Shown: positions 8,035-16,694 of the stretch, one piece after another
How positions within the stretch are numbered: position 1 is the first letter of the stretch
Layout of the letters: the number at the start of each line of letters is the position of its first letter
Source of the DNA: Candidatus Ratteibacteria bacterium
GTDB lineage: Bacteria; Ratteibacteria; UBA8468; B48-G9; JAFGKM01
Length of the DNA: 25,784 nt
Direction: 5' to 3'
Assembly (NCBI GenBank): GCA_028697565.1
Contig: JAQVEU010000002.1
Span: forward strand, 1 to 25,784
Translations under genes and position numbers: made by a program
The notes under the pieces: model-generated
Database searches by the model: none
Seen by the model: only the letters and a program-made list of their open reading frames with translations
Told to the model about the DNA's origin: nothing

Positions 8035-8836
8035 TGGTTTGTTGTTTTCTGTATTTTACTGCTGGGTTTTGAAATCTTGCATCAATGTATTCAAAGTCCT
8101 TTCCCGTTTTTCCACATTCCTCAAGGATAATCTGTATTTTTTGAAACTGCTCTTCTGTATTATCACCTGTTATTATAATTTTTCTGTTTTTTTCCATATT
8201 TTCCGTATTAGTCAATATGACTTCTGTGGGCTTTATTATTGTTATCTTATCCATTTTGAAATATCTCTGGATATTGTAATAATTATACCATCTTTCAATC
8301 TCCTGTAAAACATCAAGTTTCCATATCTCATTTTCTGCAATACTGTCTTTCCCTACATCTATTCCCTCAACCTTTATAAGATGAGCAGGACTTTCAGATG
8401 CCTCAATAATTTTCCCTTCCCTGTCTATGAATATTATACCTGATGGTTTTTCTATAAGCGCCCATGGTTTTCTCAGAATAACATCAATCCTTAATGTAGA
8501 TGGAAACTCCTTTGTTATATAAGAACTTTCCACCTCTTTTATTTTTGATACCCTGCTATGTAGTTCATCTATATCAAGAAAAAGGAGATTTCCGAGATTT
8601 TCTATCTCAAGTGTTCCTGTGAGCAATGGCCGTGCCTTCTCCGGGGTGACCTTTACTTCCTTTACCTTAAATATCTCCATATTCCAGAAGACATCTGTTA
8701 GAATCTTTTTTCCGTTTAGTATCACCATAATCAGCAGGATAACTCCTAAAATAGAGGAAACTGTTTTGAGCCTTTTCTTCCGCTTTTTCCATATCTGCTG
8801 TCTTACCTCTTTTACTCTTTCTTCTGTTTTTGACAT
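8027..8836 (-). CDS. ftsQ: Cell division protein FtsQ/DivIB
   Basis: Basic cytoplasmic N-terminus, single TM (ILGVILLIMVIL), POTRA-like region (FKVKEVKV...KEFPSTLRIDV), C-terminal YIDARF motif, and position between ddl and ftsA. Confidence 0.85.
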   Translation of the reverse strand: MSKTEERVKEVRQQIWKKRKKRLKTVSSILGVILLIMVILNGKKILTDVFWNMEIFKVKEVKVTPEKARPLLTGTLEIENLGNLLFLDIDELHSRVSKIKEVESSYITKEFPSTLRIDVILRKPWALIEKPSGIIFIDREGKIIEASESPAHLIKVEGIDVGKDSIAENEIWKLDVLQEIERWYNYYNIQRYFKMDKITIIKPTEVILTNTENMEKNRKIIITGDNTEEQFQKIQIILEECGKTGKDFEYIDARFQNPAVKYRKQQTNE

Positions 8837-9732
8837 CTTTCAATCCCAAGTTTTACTATTTTCTCGCACAGTTCATCAAACGAAATTCCTTTTGCCCGCG
8901 CAGCATCAGGCAATAAACTTGTATCTGTCATTCCTGGTATGGTATTTACATCAAGAACATAAGGTGTGCCTTTCCTTACAATAATCTCCATTCTTGCAAA
9001 TCCGGAGCATCCAAGTATTTTATATGTATTAAGAGCAATACATTCTATTTTTTTCACAATTTTTTTGTCTATCCTTGCAGGTATTATGTGCCTGCTTCCT
9101 CCGGGTGTATACTTTGCCTTATAGTCATAAAAACCTGTCGCTGTCTCTATCTCAATCACAGGTAATAACTCTGGCTTTTGATTACCCAGTATACCCACTG
9201 TGACCTCAGTTCCTTTTATATATTCCTCAATAAAGACCTCACTATCAAGTTTGAAGCACTCTTTTATTGCAGTCAACATCTCTTTTTTATTATGTACAAC
9301 CTTTATCCCTATGGTTGAACCCATATTCGCAGGTTTTACAACGGCAGGAAAAGAAAATGGTAATCTGGGACACTTATCTTTCTGTACCTCTACAAATGCA
9401 GGTGTTGGAATTTTGTGGTATGTGAGTATTTTTTTTGTGACAATTTTGTTCATACATATGGCTGATGCACGAACACCCGAGCCCGTATATGGGATATTAA
9501 GTGTTTCAAGTAGTCCCTGTACTATCCCGTCTTCCCCTCTTTCTCCATGGAGTGCTACAAAAACACAGTCAGGACTTGCCTTGAGAATGTTTTTAACAAA
9601 GGTATTTTTTGCTGTATCAAGAAGTAGTATATTATGTCCTTTCCTTCTCAGTGCCTTTCCCACTGCTTTCCCTGAAAGTAAAGAGACCTCTCTTTCAGGA
9701 CTATTACCACCATACAGTACCACTATTTTCAT
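8812..9732 (-). CDS. ddl: D-alanine--D-alanine ligase
   Basis: GGNSPEREVSL-x-SG, HGERGEDG, PYTGSG, MNKIVTK, KPANMGSTIG, EEYIKGTE, omega loop FYDYKAKY (Tyr type, D-Ala-D-Ala) and NTIPGMT-x-TSLLP. Confidence 0.95.
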   Translation of the reverse strand: MKIVVLYGGNSPEREVSLLSGKAVGKALRRKGHNILLLDTAKNTFVKNILKASPDCVFVALHGERGEDGIVQGLLETLNIPYTGSGVRASAICMNKIVTKKILTYHKIPTPAFVEVQKDKCPRLPFSFPAVVKPANMGSTIGIKVVHNKKEMLTAIKECFKLDSEVFIEEYIKGTEVTVGILGNQKPELLPVIEIETATGFYDYKAKYTPGGSRHIIPARIDKKIVKKIECIALNTYKILGCSGFARMEIIVRKGTPYVLDVNTIPGMTDTSLLPDAARAKGISFDELCEKIVKLGIERCQKQKKE

Positions 9733-9735
9733 ATT

Positions 9736-10638
9736 TTACTCCCCGAAGTTGCCTATAAGTTTTATTTCCGTTTCAAGTTCTATATTATACTGTATTTTCA
9801 CCTGTTCTTTAACAATAGATATAAGTTTGTATATCTCTTCTGATGTGGCTTTGCCTTTATTTATTATAAAATTGGCATGTTTCTCAGATATGCAGGCATC
9901 TCCTATGCTATATCCTTTCAGTCCACATCTTTCTATAAGGTTCCCGGCAAAAAGGCCGGATGGGTTTTTGAATATACTGCCAGCAGAAGGATAGTTAAGT
10001 GGCTGGGTCTCTATCCGCTTTTTCATATAGGTTGCTATAACACCTTTTATATCTTCCTGTTTCCCCTTGTTCAGATGAAGTAGTATACCTGTGATAAAGT
10101 ACCCTTCCAGTCCGCTTTTTCTATAGTCAAAGTGTATCTCTTCTCTTGTCAGTGCCTTTTCTTCAATATCTGAAAGTGAAAACACATCAACCCTTAAAAT
10201 TCTGTCTGATAGCCACTCTTCTTTAAGCCCTGCATTTGATATAGCAGCACCGCCTGCTGTTCCCGGGATACCTGATAAGAACTCCAATCCTTTAAGAGAA
10301 TTTCTGATGCATTCCTTTAATATCGTTGAAAGCAGGACCCCTGGCTGGCAGTATATATCATCTCCATCTACCGTAATCCTGTTGATGTCTTTTGTGGATA
10401 TTACCACACCATCAAATCCTTTATCACTTATGAGGATATTTGTCCCACTGCCGATGACTAAGAAAGGGACATTATGTTCCAGACATAGGGCAACTATTGT
10501 TTTTACTTCTTTTATATCTAAAGGTGAAATAAAGAATCTTGCGGGTCCCCCTGTCCTGAAACTTGTTATAAGAGATAACGGAAAGTTTTCCCGAAAACTG
10601 CTACACTTCTTTGCCAGTATCTTTTTAATATCATCCAT
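9736..10638 (-). CDS. murB: UDP-N-acetylenolpyruvoylglucosamine reductase
   Basis: FRTGG, IGSGTNIL, GLEFLSGIPGT-x-GGA, DYRKS, PSAGSIFKNP, SEKHANF and LETEIK. Confidence 0.95.
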   Translation of the reverse strand: MDDIKKILAKKCSSFRENFPLSLITSFRTGGPARFFISPLDIKEVKTIVALCLEHNVPFLVIGSGTNILISDKGFDGVVISTKDINRITVDGDDIYCQPGVLLSTILKECIRNSLKGLEFLSGIPGTAGGAAISNAGLKEEWLSDRILRVDVFSLSDIEEKALTREEIHFDYRKSGLEGYFITGILLHLNKGKQEDIKGVIATYMKKRIETQPLNYPSAGSIFKNPSGLFAGNLIERCGLKGYSIGDACISEKHANFIINKGKATSEEIYKLISIVKEQVKIQYNIELETEIKLIGNFGE

Positions 10639-10639
10639 T

Positions 10640-11398
10640 TTAATAGAGCACCTTTTTCAGATATAGCCCTTCAGGGGGTGCTGTTGGTGGAACTTTCTTC
10701 CTGTCACCTGAGGCAATAAGTTCTGGTATATCTTCTGCTGAAAGTTTCTCGAGACCAGCATGGATAAGTGTTCCTGCTATATTCCTTGCCATCTTGTACA
10801 GAAAACCATCTGCGGTGATTTCTATTGATATAACATTTACTTCAGGGGCAATGGTAAACTTTTCTTCCCTGATAGTAATCCTATATATCCTTCTTGTTGC
10901 GTCTTTTATACTGCTTCCTGCTGCCTGAAAGGCAGAAAAGTTATGTTTGCCTATAAAGTGTTTTGCTGCCCTCTTCATAAGATACATATCAGGCCTTTCT
11001 TTGATATAACAGGCAAGTCCATTTAAGAAAGGACTTTTTTCACTGCAAATAATGAGATATCTATATGTCTTTTTTTTGGCAGAGTACCTGCTGTGAAAGT
11101 TAGAACGTACCAACTCAGCACTTTTTATATAGATATCAGCAGGTAGGATGGCATTGAGTGCCTTTTTAATCTGTAGAGGTGTGAGGCGAGACCTTGTTTT
11201 AAAGTTTGCATTATATGACAGGGAATGAACTCCACTATCAGTTCTACCACAACCAATAATTTTTATATCTTCTTCTGTTATTTTTTTAAGTGCTTTTTCA
11301 ATGGTTCCCTGTATGGTACTTCCTTTTTTCTGTTTCTGCCATCCAGAAAATGTTGTTCCCTTGTAGGCAATAGTCAATTTTATATTTTTTTCATCCAT
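10640..11398 (-). CDS. truA: tRNA pseudouridine(38-40) synthase
   Basis: AYKGT-x-FSGWQ-x-Q, GRTDSGVHS (catalytic Asp), FHSRYSA, G-x-HNFSAF, DGFLYKM-x-R and PTAPPEGLYL. Confidence 0.96.
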   Translation of the reverse strand: MDEKNIKLTIAYKGTTFSGWQKQKKGSTIQGTIEKALKKITEEDIKIIGCGRTDSGVHSLSYNANFKTRSRLTPLQIKKALNAILPADIYIKSAELVRSNFHSRYSAKKKTYRYLIICSEKSPFLNGLACYIKERPDMYLMKRAAKHFIGKHNFSAFQAAGSSIKDATRRIYRITIREEKFTIAPEVNVISIEITADGFLYKMARNIAGTLIHAGLEKLSAEDIPELIASGDRKKVPPTAPPEGLYLKKVLY

Positions 11399-11401
11399 TC
11401 T

Positions 11402-12211
11402 TCAAGCAAGGACTCCCTGTTTTTCTTTCAGAGAGGCATCAAATATAACCTTTTTAGGACACTCTTCTACACACCTTCCGCAGTTGTCACACTTATTATA
11501 GTCAATGACAGGTAGGTTGTCTTCCATTGTTATTGCCTGTTGGGGGCAAACCTTTACACATCTACCACATCCTATACATCCTGTTTTGCAGGCCTTTATT
11601 ACTATGGGTCCTCTATCATGAGATGAACAGGCAATATAGATATTTTTGTCTGCTGATATAAGTTTTATGATATTTTTGGGACATATGGCAACACACTTAC
11701 CACACCCTGTACATTTTTCACTATCTATTACAGGAAGGTTGTTATCATCCATATAAATTACATCAAAAGGACATATCCTTACACAATCACCCATTCCGAG
11801 ACACCCATAACTGCATTCAAGGTTTGTGTTAAAGAGGCCACTAACTGCATTACATGTCTGAATGGTCTTATATTCAAATCTTCTCTTTGCATTGTTGCCT
11901 CCTGAACAAAGTACCCTTGCCACCTGTCTTTCTCTTTTTTCTGTTTCTATACCTAACAGTGAACATATTTTTTGAATACTTTCATCGGTCATCAGCACAC
12001 ACCTTGATGGTTCTATTTTGCCTTCAGCCATTGCCTCTGCAAAGGCACTACAGCCAGCAAGTCCACAGGCACCACAGTTAGCGTTGGGCATAAGTTCATA
12101 GAGGTTTTTTAATAAAGGGTTTTCCTCTGTTTTGAATTTTATACTAAAGTAGGTAAGAAACGTACCAAAAAAAATTCCCAGACATCCAAGTATAATTACT
12201 GGTATCCACAT
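11402..12211 (-). CDS. rnfB: RnfB-type polyferredoxin subunit (Rnf electron transport complex subunit B)
   Basis: N-terminal TM anchor, PNANCGACG-x-x-GC Fe-S motif, then CSYGCLGMGDCVRICP, CTGCGKCVAICP, CIGCGRCVKVCP and CDNCGRCVEECP. Confidence 0.9.
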   Translation of the reverse strand: MWIPVIILGCLGIFFGTFLTYFSIKFKTEENPLLKNLYELMPNANCGACGLAGCSAFAEAMAEGKIEPSRCVLMTDESIQKICSLLGIETEKRERQVARVLCSGGNNAKRRFEYKTIQTCNAVSGLFNTNLECSYGCLGMGDCVRICPFDVIYMDDNNLPVIDSEKCTGCGKCVAICPKNIIKLISADKNIYIACSSHDRGPIVIKACKTGCIGCGRCVKVCPQQAITMEDNLPVIDYNKCDNCGRCVEECPKKVIFDASLKEKQGVLA

Positions 12212-12214
12212 CTT

Positions 12215-12319
12215 TTATTCCCTCCTGTCCCCTTTAAATATCTTTAGTATACAGAAAATTGTAATATAGAGGATACTACACCATGATAAAACCATAAAGA
12301 AAATTCCACTAGTCCTCAT
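12215..12319 (-). CDS. Unannotated 34-aa single-TM microprotein, probable NSS transporter small subunit (MetS-like)
   Basis: Manual translation MRTSGIFFMVLSWCSILYITIFCILKIFKGDRRE*. The ATG overlaps the NSS stop (ATGA, 12319-12316); the stop ends 3 nt before the rnfB ATG; hydrophobic core of about 22 residues followed by a charged tail. Confidence 0.75.
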   Translation of the reverse strand: MRTSGIFFMVLSWCSILYITIFCILKIFKGDRRE

Positions 12320-13848
12320 ACCTTTTTCTTCTCCCATGCTTTCTTTACCAGAAAACATATTATCAGAAACAGCAACAGAAGAGTAATCCTTGTAAAAATA
12401 ACGACAGGGATATTCTCTTCAGGAATTCCTTTTAGCATAAGTGTTGGTATTGCCTGCTGGTATGTCCAGAAGGCGAGTATAAATAGTAGGAAGAGAGGTG
12501 TTATATACCGGATAATAAATTTATATATCAAAGGAATTTGTATGTCAGAACCGGAATGCATCTCCTCCCATGCCTTATCAATACCGAAGATCCAGGCAAA
12601 GAGTATAGTTTCCACTGTGGCAAATACTACGAGTGCAAATGTTCCCCCCCAGAAGTCAAGTTCATCTACCGCCCCTTTTGAAAGAAAGATGATTGAAATG
12701 TGTGAGAGTATAAAGCATACTACTGCAAATATGGTCACCGCCTTCCTTTTAGAGATATTAAACTCATCCTCAAGGAATGCAATGGCTGGCTGTGCAAGAG
12801 ATATAGAAGATGTAATTCCTGCAAGAAAAAGAAGTAAGAACCATAAAAATGCAAAGAACATTCCTACAGGTAATGTTTTCAATATCAGTGGCATAGTAAC
12901 AAAACCAAGGTCAAATGCACCCTGCTGTGCTACCTCTGATATACCATAAGGACCGAAAAATACATATGCAGCAGGTATCACGATACTTCCGCCCAGTATT
13001 ACCTCGGCAATCTCGTTTGTACTTGCTGCTGTAAGCCCTGAAAGTAATACATCATCATTTTTTGTAAGGTAGCTTGCATATGTAAGTATAACCCCTATTC
13101 CAACGCTGAGTGTAAAAAATATCTGACCTGCTGCTGCCAGCCAGACTCTTGCATCTTTGAGGGCACAGAAATCAGGATTCCAAAGAAATCCAAGTCCATT
13201 GTAAGGTGTCCAGGATATATCAAAAGGGGAGTGAAGAGTGAATGTTCTAACCATAATAACAAGTGCAAGTATGAAGAGTGTTGGAAAGGCTATTCTACAT
13301 ACTCTTTCAATACCTCTTTTAATTCCGAAGAGTACTATAAGGATATTTAAAGCAAATGTTATCAGAAAAAATATATAGGCAGTTATAATTCCTGAAAAAA
13401 ACTCATTTTTTACAATTCCCTGATATCCCCGCAAAAAAGAAACCATCCCTGTTTTATCCACAATACCGGCATATCTTCCTGTGATGGAAAAGAAACTGTA
13501 TCCAAGTAGCCACGACTCTATGTAGATGTAATATATAAATATAACTATAGGTCCAAATATGCCTATTACTCCGAAATACTTTATAAATCTGTTTTTCTGC
13601 CAGAGAGTATGAAATATCCCTGGTGCTGTACCATGTCCAAATCCTCCTCCAAACCTTCCGATGGTCCACTCAATCCACATAAGGGGAATGCCCATGAGAA
13701 AAAGGGCAACAAAATATGGAATCATAAATGCACCACCACCATTTCTTGCTGCCTGAACAGGGAACCTCAAAAAATTTCCCAGACCTATAGCACTCCCTGC
13801 CACTGCCAGAATTATTCCTAATTTACTTCCCCAACGTTCCCTTTTCAT
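12316..13848 (-). CDS. Sodium-dependent amino acid transporter, NSS/SNF family (LeuT-like)
   Basis: RERWGSKLG, AGSAIGLGNFLRFP, NGGGAFMIPY, GIPLMWIEW, GQIFFTLS, NE-x-AEVILGGS and AGITSS. Start reassigned from 13896 to ATG 13848 (GGAGTGG SD, avoids overlap with the upstream gene). Confidence 0.93.
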   Translation of the reverse strand: MKRERWGSKLGIILAVAGSAIGLGNFLRFPVQAARNGGGAFMIPYFVALFLMGIPLMWIEWTIGRFGGGFGHGTAPGIFHTLWQKNRFIKYFGVIGIFGPIVIFIYYIYIESWLLGYSFFSITGRYAGIVDKTGMVSFLRGYQGIVKNEFFSGIITAYIFFLITFALNILIVLFGIKRGIERVCRIAFPTLFILALVIMVRTFTLHSPFDISWTPYNGLGFLWNPDFCALKDARVWLAAAGQIFFTLSVGIGVILTYASYLTKNDDVLLSGLTAASTNEIAEVILGGSIVIPAAYVFFGPYGISEVAQQGAFDLGFVTMPLILKTLPVGMFFAFLWFLLLFLAGITSSISLAQPAIAFLEDEFNISKRKAVTIFAVVCFILSHISIIFLSKGAVDELDFWGGTFALVVFATVETILFAWIFGIDKAWEEMHSGSDIQIPLIYKFIIRYITPLFLLFILAFWTYQQAIPTLMLKGIPEENIPVVIFTRITLLLLFLIICFLVKKAWEKKKV

Positions 13849-13865
13849 CAACCACTCCCACTCTT

Positions 13866-14663
13866 TTATATATTTTTCTTTAACCACTCCACACACTTTT
13901 TATAACCATCTGCCCCTTCTTTTCCTTCATATTCTGCACACCATACACCATCATAACCGCTATCTTTAAGTATATTTATGGCATCCAAGAGTGGTATCTC
14001 TCCTTCACCTAAAACAGTGCCTTTGTAGTTTTCTCTGGAGCCGGTTCCGTCTTTTATATGCGTATGAAAGGCATAAGGGGCAACCTTTCTGTAGATATCA
14101 GGAAGTTCATCAACTTCATATCCATACCATCTGTAGTTCATTGTATCAAGGTTTGTCCCTAAGTGTTTTGAGTTCACCGTTTGTAGAATATCAAGGAGAA
14201 AAGGGTAGTTATTTGTTAGTGTCCCATGGTTATCTAATGCGAGATATACATCTTCCTTTTCTGATATCTCTGTAACCATTGATACACCTTTCAGCACAAG
14301 TGCCTTATAGTCCTTTTCATCCACACCTTCCTTAGGCCACCCGCCATCTATCCGCAGCTGGCTAAATCCAAGGTCTTTTATCATCTTACACATCTCTCCT
14401 ACCATCCATATCTGTCTGTTAAGTTCATCATCTGTTTTTTGTAGAAAGTCACTGCCACTGGATATCTGGGATATTTTGACACCATATTTTTGAAGTAGCC
14501 GTGCAACCTCTGATATGCTATTTTCTGACTTTGCAATATCTGCCCATACATCTTTTCTTTGCAGTTCAACATAACCCACATTGTTTTCATTACACCATCT
14601 AAAAAGTTCTTCAAGTGTTAGATTGGAGATGTTATAGTTAATTACCCCTATCTTCTTATTCAT
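13866..14663 (-). CDS. Sugar phosphate isomerase/epimerase (xylose-isomerase-like TIM barrel)
   Basis: YVEL, ALDNHG, NLDTMN, HTHIKDG, LGEGEIP and CAEYEG. Start reassigned to ATG 14663 (GGGGAG SD). Confidence 0.85.
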   Translation of the reverse strand: MNKKIGVINYNISNLTLEELFRWCNENNVGYVELQRKDVWADIAKSENSISEVARLLQKYGVKISQISSGSDFLQKTDDELNRQIWMVGEMCKMIKDLGFSQLRIDGGWPKEGVDEKDYKALVLKGVSMVTEISEKEDVYLALDNHGTLTNNYPFLLDILQTVNSKHLGTNLDTMNYRWYGYEVDELPDIYRKVAPYAFHTHIKDGTGSRENYKGTVLGEGEIPLLDAINILKDSGYDGVWCAEYEGKEGADGYKKCVEWLKKNI

Positions 14664-14676
14664 TTTCTCCCCCTTT

Positions 14677-15780
14677 TTATGTAAAAAGTCGGGCAATAAA
14701 ACTCTTCTTTACTTTAATCGCTTTATAAGGACAGGCCTCAAAACAGCATAGACAATTTATACACCTTTTGCTGTTAAATTGCAAGTTTTCTGATATTGCC
14801 TTTACAGGACAGACCTCTCTACAGGCATAACACTTCCTGCATATAGCAGGGTCTATAACAGGTATGGCACTGAAATATCGTGCAAAGAAATGTAGAAATG
14901 GCTTAAAAACTCTGGTGGAAAACAATCTGCTGCTCTTCCTTCCTTGGACAATAAAATTTTTCACAGGGATAAGTGTATCACCTACAACTTCTACATCGGG
15001 CAGTCCATATAGGTCTTTGTATATTTTAAGATATGGGACATCATTCGGTTTTACTCCTATCAGATAACAGCATACCATATCCACTGCAACTGCATCACTC
15101 CCTCCGATGAGATAGTTCGTATGCCTTAGGTTTCCCGCAGAAGGTCCATCTCCCTCCATAGAGATAACTGCATCAACCATATTGAAGAACACATATCTTC
15201 TGATTGCTGTATAGTAAGAAACAAGAAAATCAGAAAACTCAAAAGGAGAGACAAATTTGCTGTGCAGTACACTTTTGTGGAATCCAGGTATGAGCCCATA
15301 CAGGTTTTTCAAGGCAGAGGTTATAACTGTAAGGTTGTGCGTCTTCAGTTTGCCTATATTAAATATCTTAAAGTCACGCACATAGTCAGTGACAGGCACC
15401 TGTATTTTTTTACCGGATACATATAGTTCTATCAGTATTGACTTACTGAATTTTACAAGTGGAATACCTGTAATTTCTGATGCATTTTTATATCCACACC
15501 TTTCCCAGTATAATTCTATTGGTTTGTTTATATTGGCAGGGCTATCACCTATGACCTTTTGTGGACAGGGACATAGCCGTACACTTGTTTCAAGCACAGC
15601 AGGATGTGTTGTCACCCCTTCTTCTGGGTACCTTGCTGACAGCATATTGGGCTTGAACAGGACCTTTTCAGGATGTATGGACTGAATACCGGCGAGATGA
15701 AAAATCCTGTTTACTGCCTCTTCAACTACATCTTTTTCATAAGACTCACACCTTGCTACTATAACCTTTTCTTTCATCAT
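14677..15780 (-). CDS. DUF362-domain protein with C-terminal 2x[4Fe-4S] ferredoxin domain
   Basis: VLFKPNML, TTHPAV, GDSP, KLKTH, ALKNLYG, DAVISMEG-x-GP-x-x-G and DAVAVD; C-terminal CRKCYACREVCP and CINCLCCFEACP. Confidence 0.85.
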   Translation of the reverse strand: MMKEKVIVARCESYEKDVVEEAVNRIFHLAGIQSIHPEKVLFKPNMLSARYPEEGVTTHPAVLETSVRLCPCPQKVIGDSPANINKPIELYWERCGYKNASEITGIPLVKFSKSILIELYVSGKKIQVPVTDYVRDFKIFNIGKLKTHNLTVITSALKNLYGLIPGFHKSVLHSKFVSPFEFSDFLVSYYTAIRRYVFFNMVDAVISMEGDGPSAGNLRHTNYLIGGSDAVAVDMVCCYLIGVKPNDVPYLKIYKDLYGLPDVEVVGDTLIPVKNFIVQGRKSSRLFSTRVFKPFLHFFARYFSAIPVIDPAICRKCYACREVCPVKAISENLQFNSKRCINCLCCFEACPYKAIKVKKSFIARLFT

Positions 15781-16616
15781 AATCCACTTATAAGACCCAT
15801 AAGTTTTTTCCCGTAGGTGATATATGTCTGATATGTAACCTCAGGGTCTCCCACTTTACCTTCATGGACTACACTTGCAAGGTGCGGCTCTATAGAAATA
15901 AAACTATTATACCCTGATTTTTTCAATTGTTGCAATATCTCCTTTACCTTTGCCTTCCCTTCTCCGGGATAGGTTGCCTTACGATTTCCATCTTCAAGGA
16001 TTGTATAGTCCTTTATGTGGACATACTCAATATATGGCCTTACCTTCAGATAAAATTCCATAGGGTCTTCTGATGTGTCAAACACGACATTTCCTGTGTC
16101 AAAAAGCAACCTGAAGGCAGGTGAGTTTATCTCCTGTGCAAGAACTACCATATTATTTGATGGTTCTCCCCAGCCACTGCAGTTTTCATGGACAAGTACT
16201 ACTCCACCATCCTCAGCAATTTTTGTCAGTTCTTTCATCCTTTTTATTGCCTCTTTTCCCCACTCTTCATCTGGTAGGGGGTCTTGTTTATTATTGGGCC
16301 AGGACATCACCCTTATATACTTTGTATTGAACCTGTGCATCCGTGGTATAGACATCTTGAGTTCATCCACATCTTTCTGGAAGTTCCCTGAGATTTCTGT
16401 TGCCCAGTTGGCGATACAACTGGCAAAACAGGATACCTTTAGTCCTGATGCCACTACCTTTTCAAAGATACCATCAAACTTCTTATCTGGCATCAGTGTA
16501 ATTGCCTCTCCATCAACATTCCGCAGTTCAAGATATTCCCATCCAAGTTCTTTGTGTGCCTGTATCTGTTTCTCTATTGCCTGTCCTGCCTCATCACTTA
16601 TCCCTGAAAGTTTCAT
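15777..16616 (-). CDS. Sugar phosphate isomerase/epimerase (xylose-isomerase-like TIM barrel)
   Basis: GISDEAG, YLELR, VHENC, LFDTGN, YVHIKD, PGEG and ISIEPH; SD AGGAGG upstream. Confidence 0.87.
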   Translation of the reverse strand: MKLSGISDEAGQAIEKQIQAHKELGWEYLELRNVDGEAITLMPDKKFDGIFEKVVASGLKVSCFASCIANWATEISGNFQKDVDELKMSIPRMHRFNTKYIRVMSWPNNKQDPLPDEEWGKEAIKRMKELTKIAEDGGVVLVHENCSGWGEPSNNMVVLAQEINSPAFRLLFDTGNVVFDTSEDPMEFYLKVRPYIEYVHIKDYTILEDGNRKATYPGEGKAKVKEILQQLKKSGYNSFISIEPHLASVVHEGKVGDPEVTYQTYITYGKKLMGLISGL

Positions 16617-16640
16617 ATCTCCCTCCTATGTTTTGCTTAA

Positions 16641-16669
16641 ATTTTACAACAAATATTTCCACTTGACAA
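16641..16669 (-). promoter_or_regulatory. Candidate sigma70 promoter for the 16616->3683 run
   Basis: On the minus strand, TTGTCA (16669-16664), 17 nt, TAAAAT (16646-16641), about 25 nt upstream of the ATG at 16616. Confidence 0.6.
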
Positions 16670-16694
16670 AATTTTTGTACAAGTTGGGTATATA

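Noticed and set aside
9200-9994. Long antisense ORFs such as 9200..9994 (264 aa), 16075..16695, 6241..6825, 7802..8308, 3732..4166, 16849..17310 and 19587..20075
   Set aside because: They lie opposite well-supported genes and are rich in Ser/Phe/Ile/Pro as expected for shadow frames; no motifs.
16663-16694. Perfect TTGACA on the plus strand suggesting a divergent or antisense promoter
   Set aside because: No acceptable -10 at 16-18 nt spacing (TATATA is 20 nt away), and the same bases are explained as the minus-strand -35.
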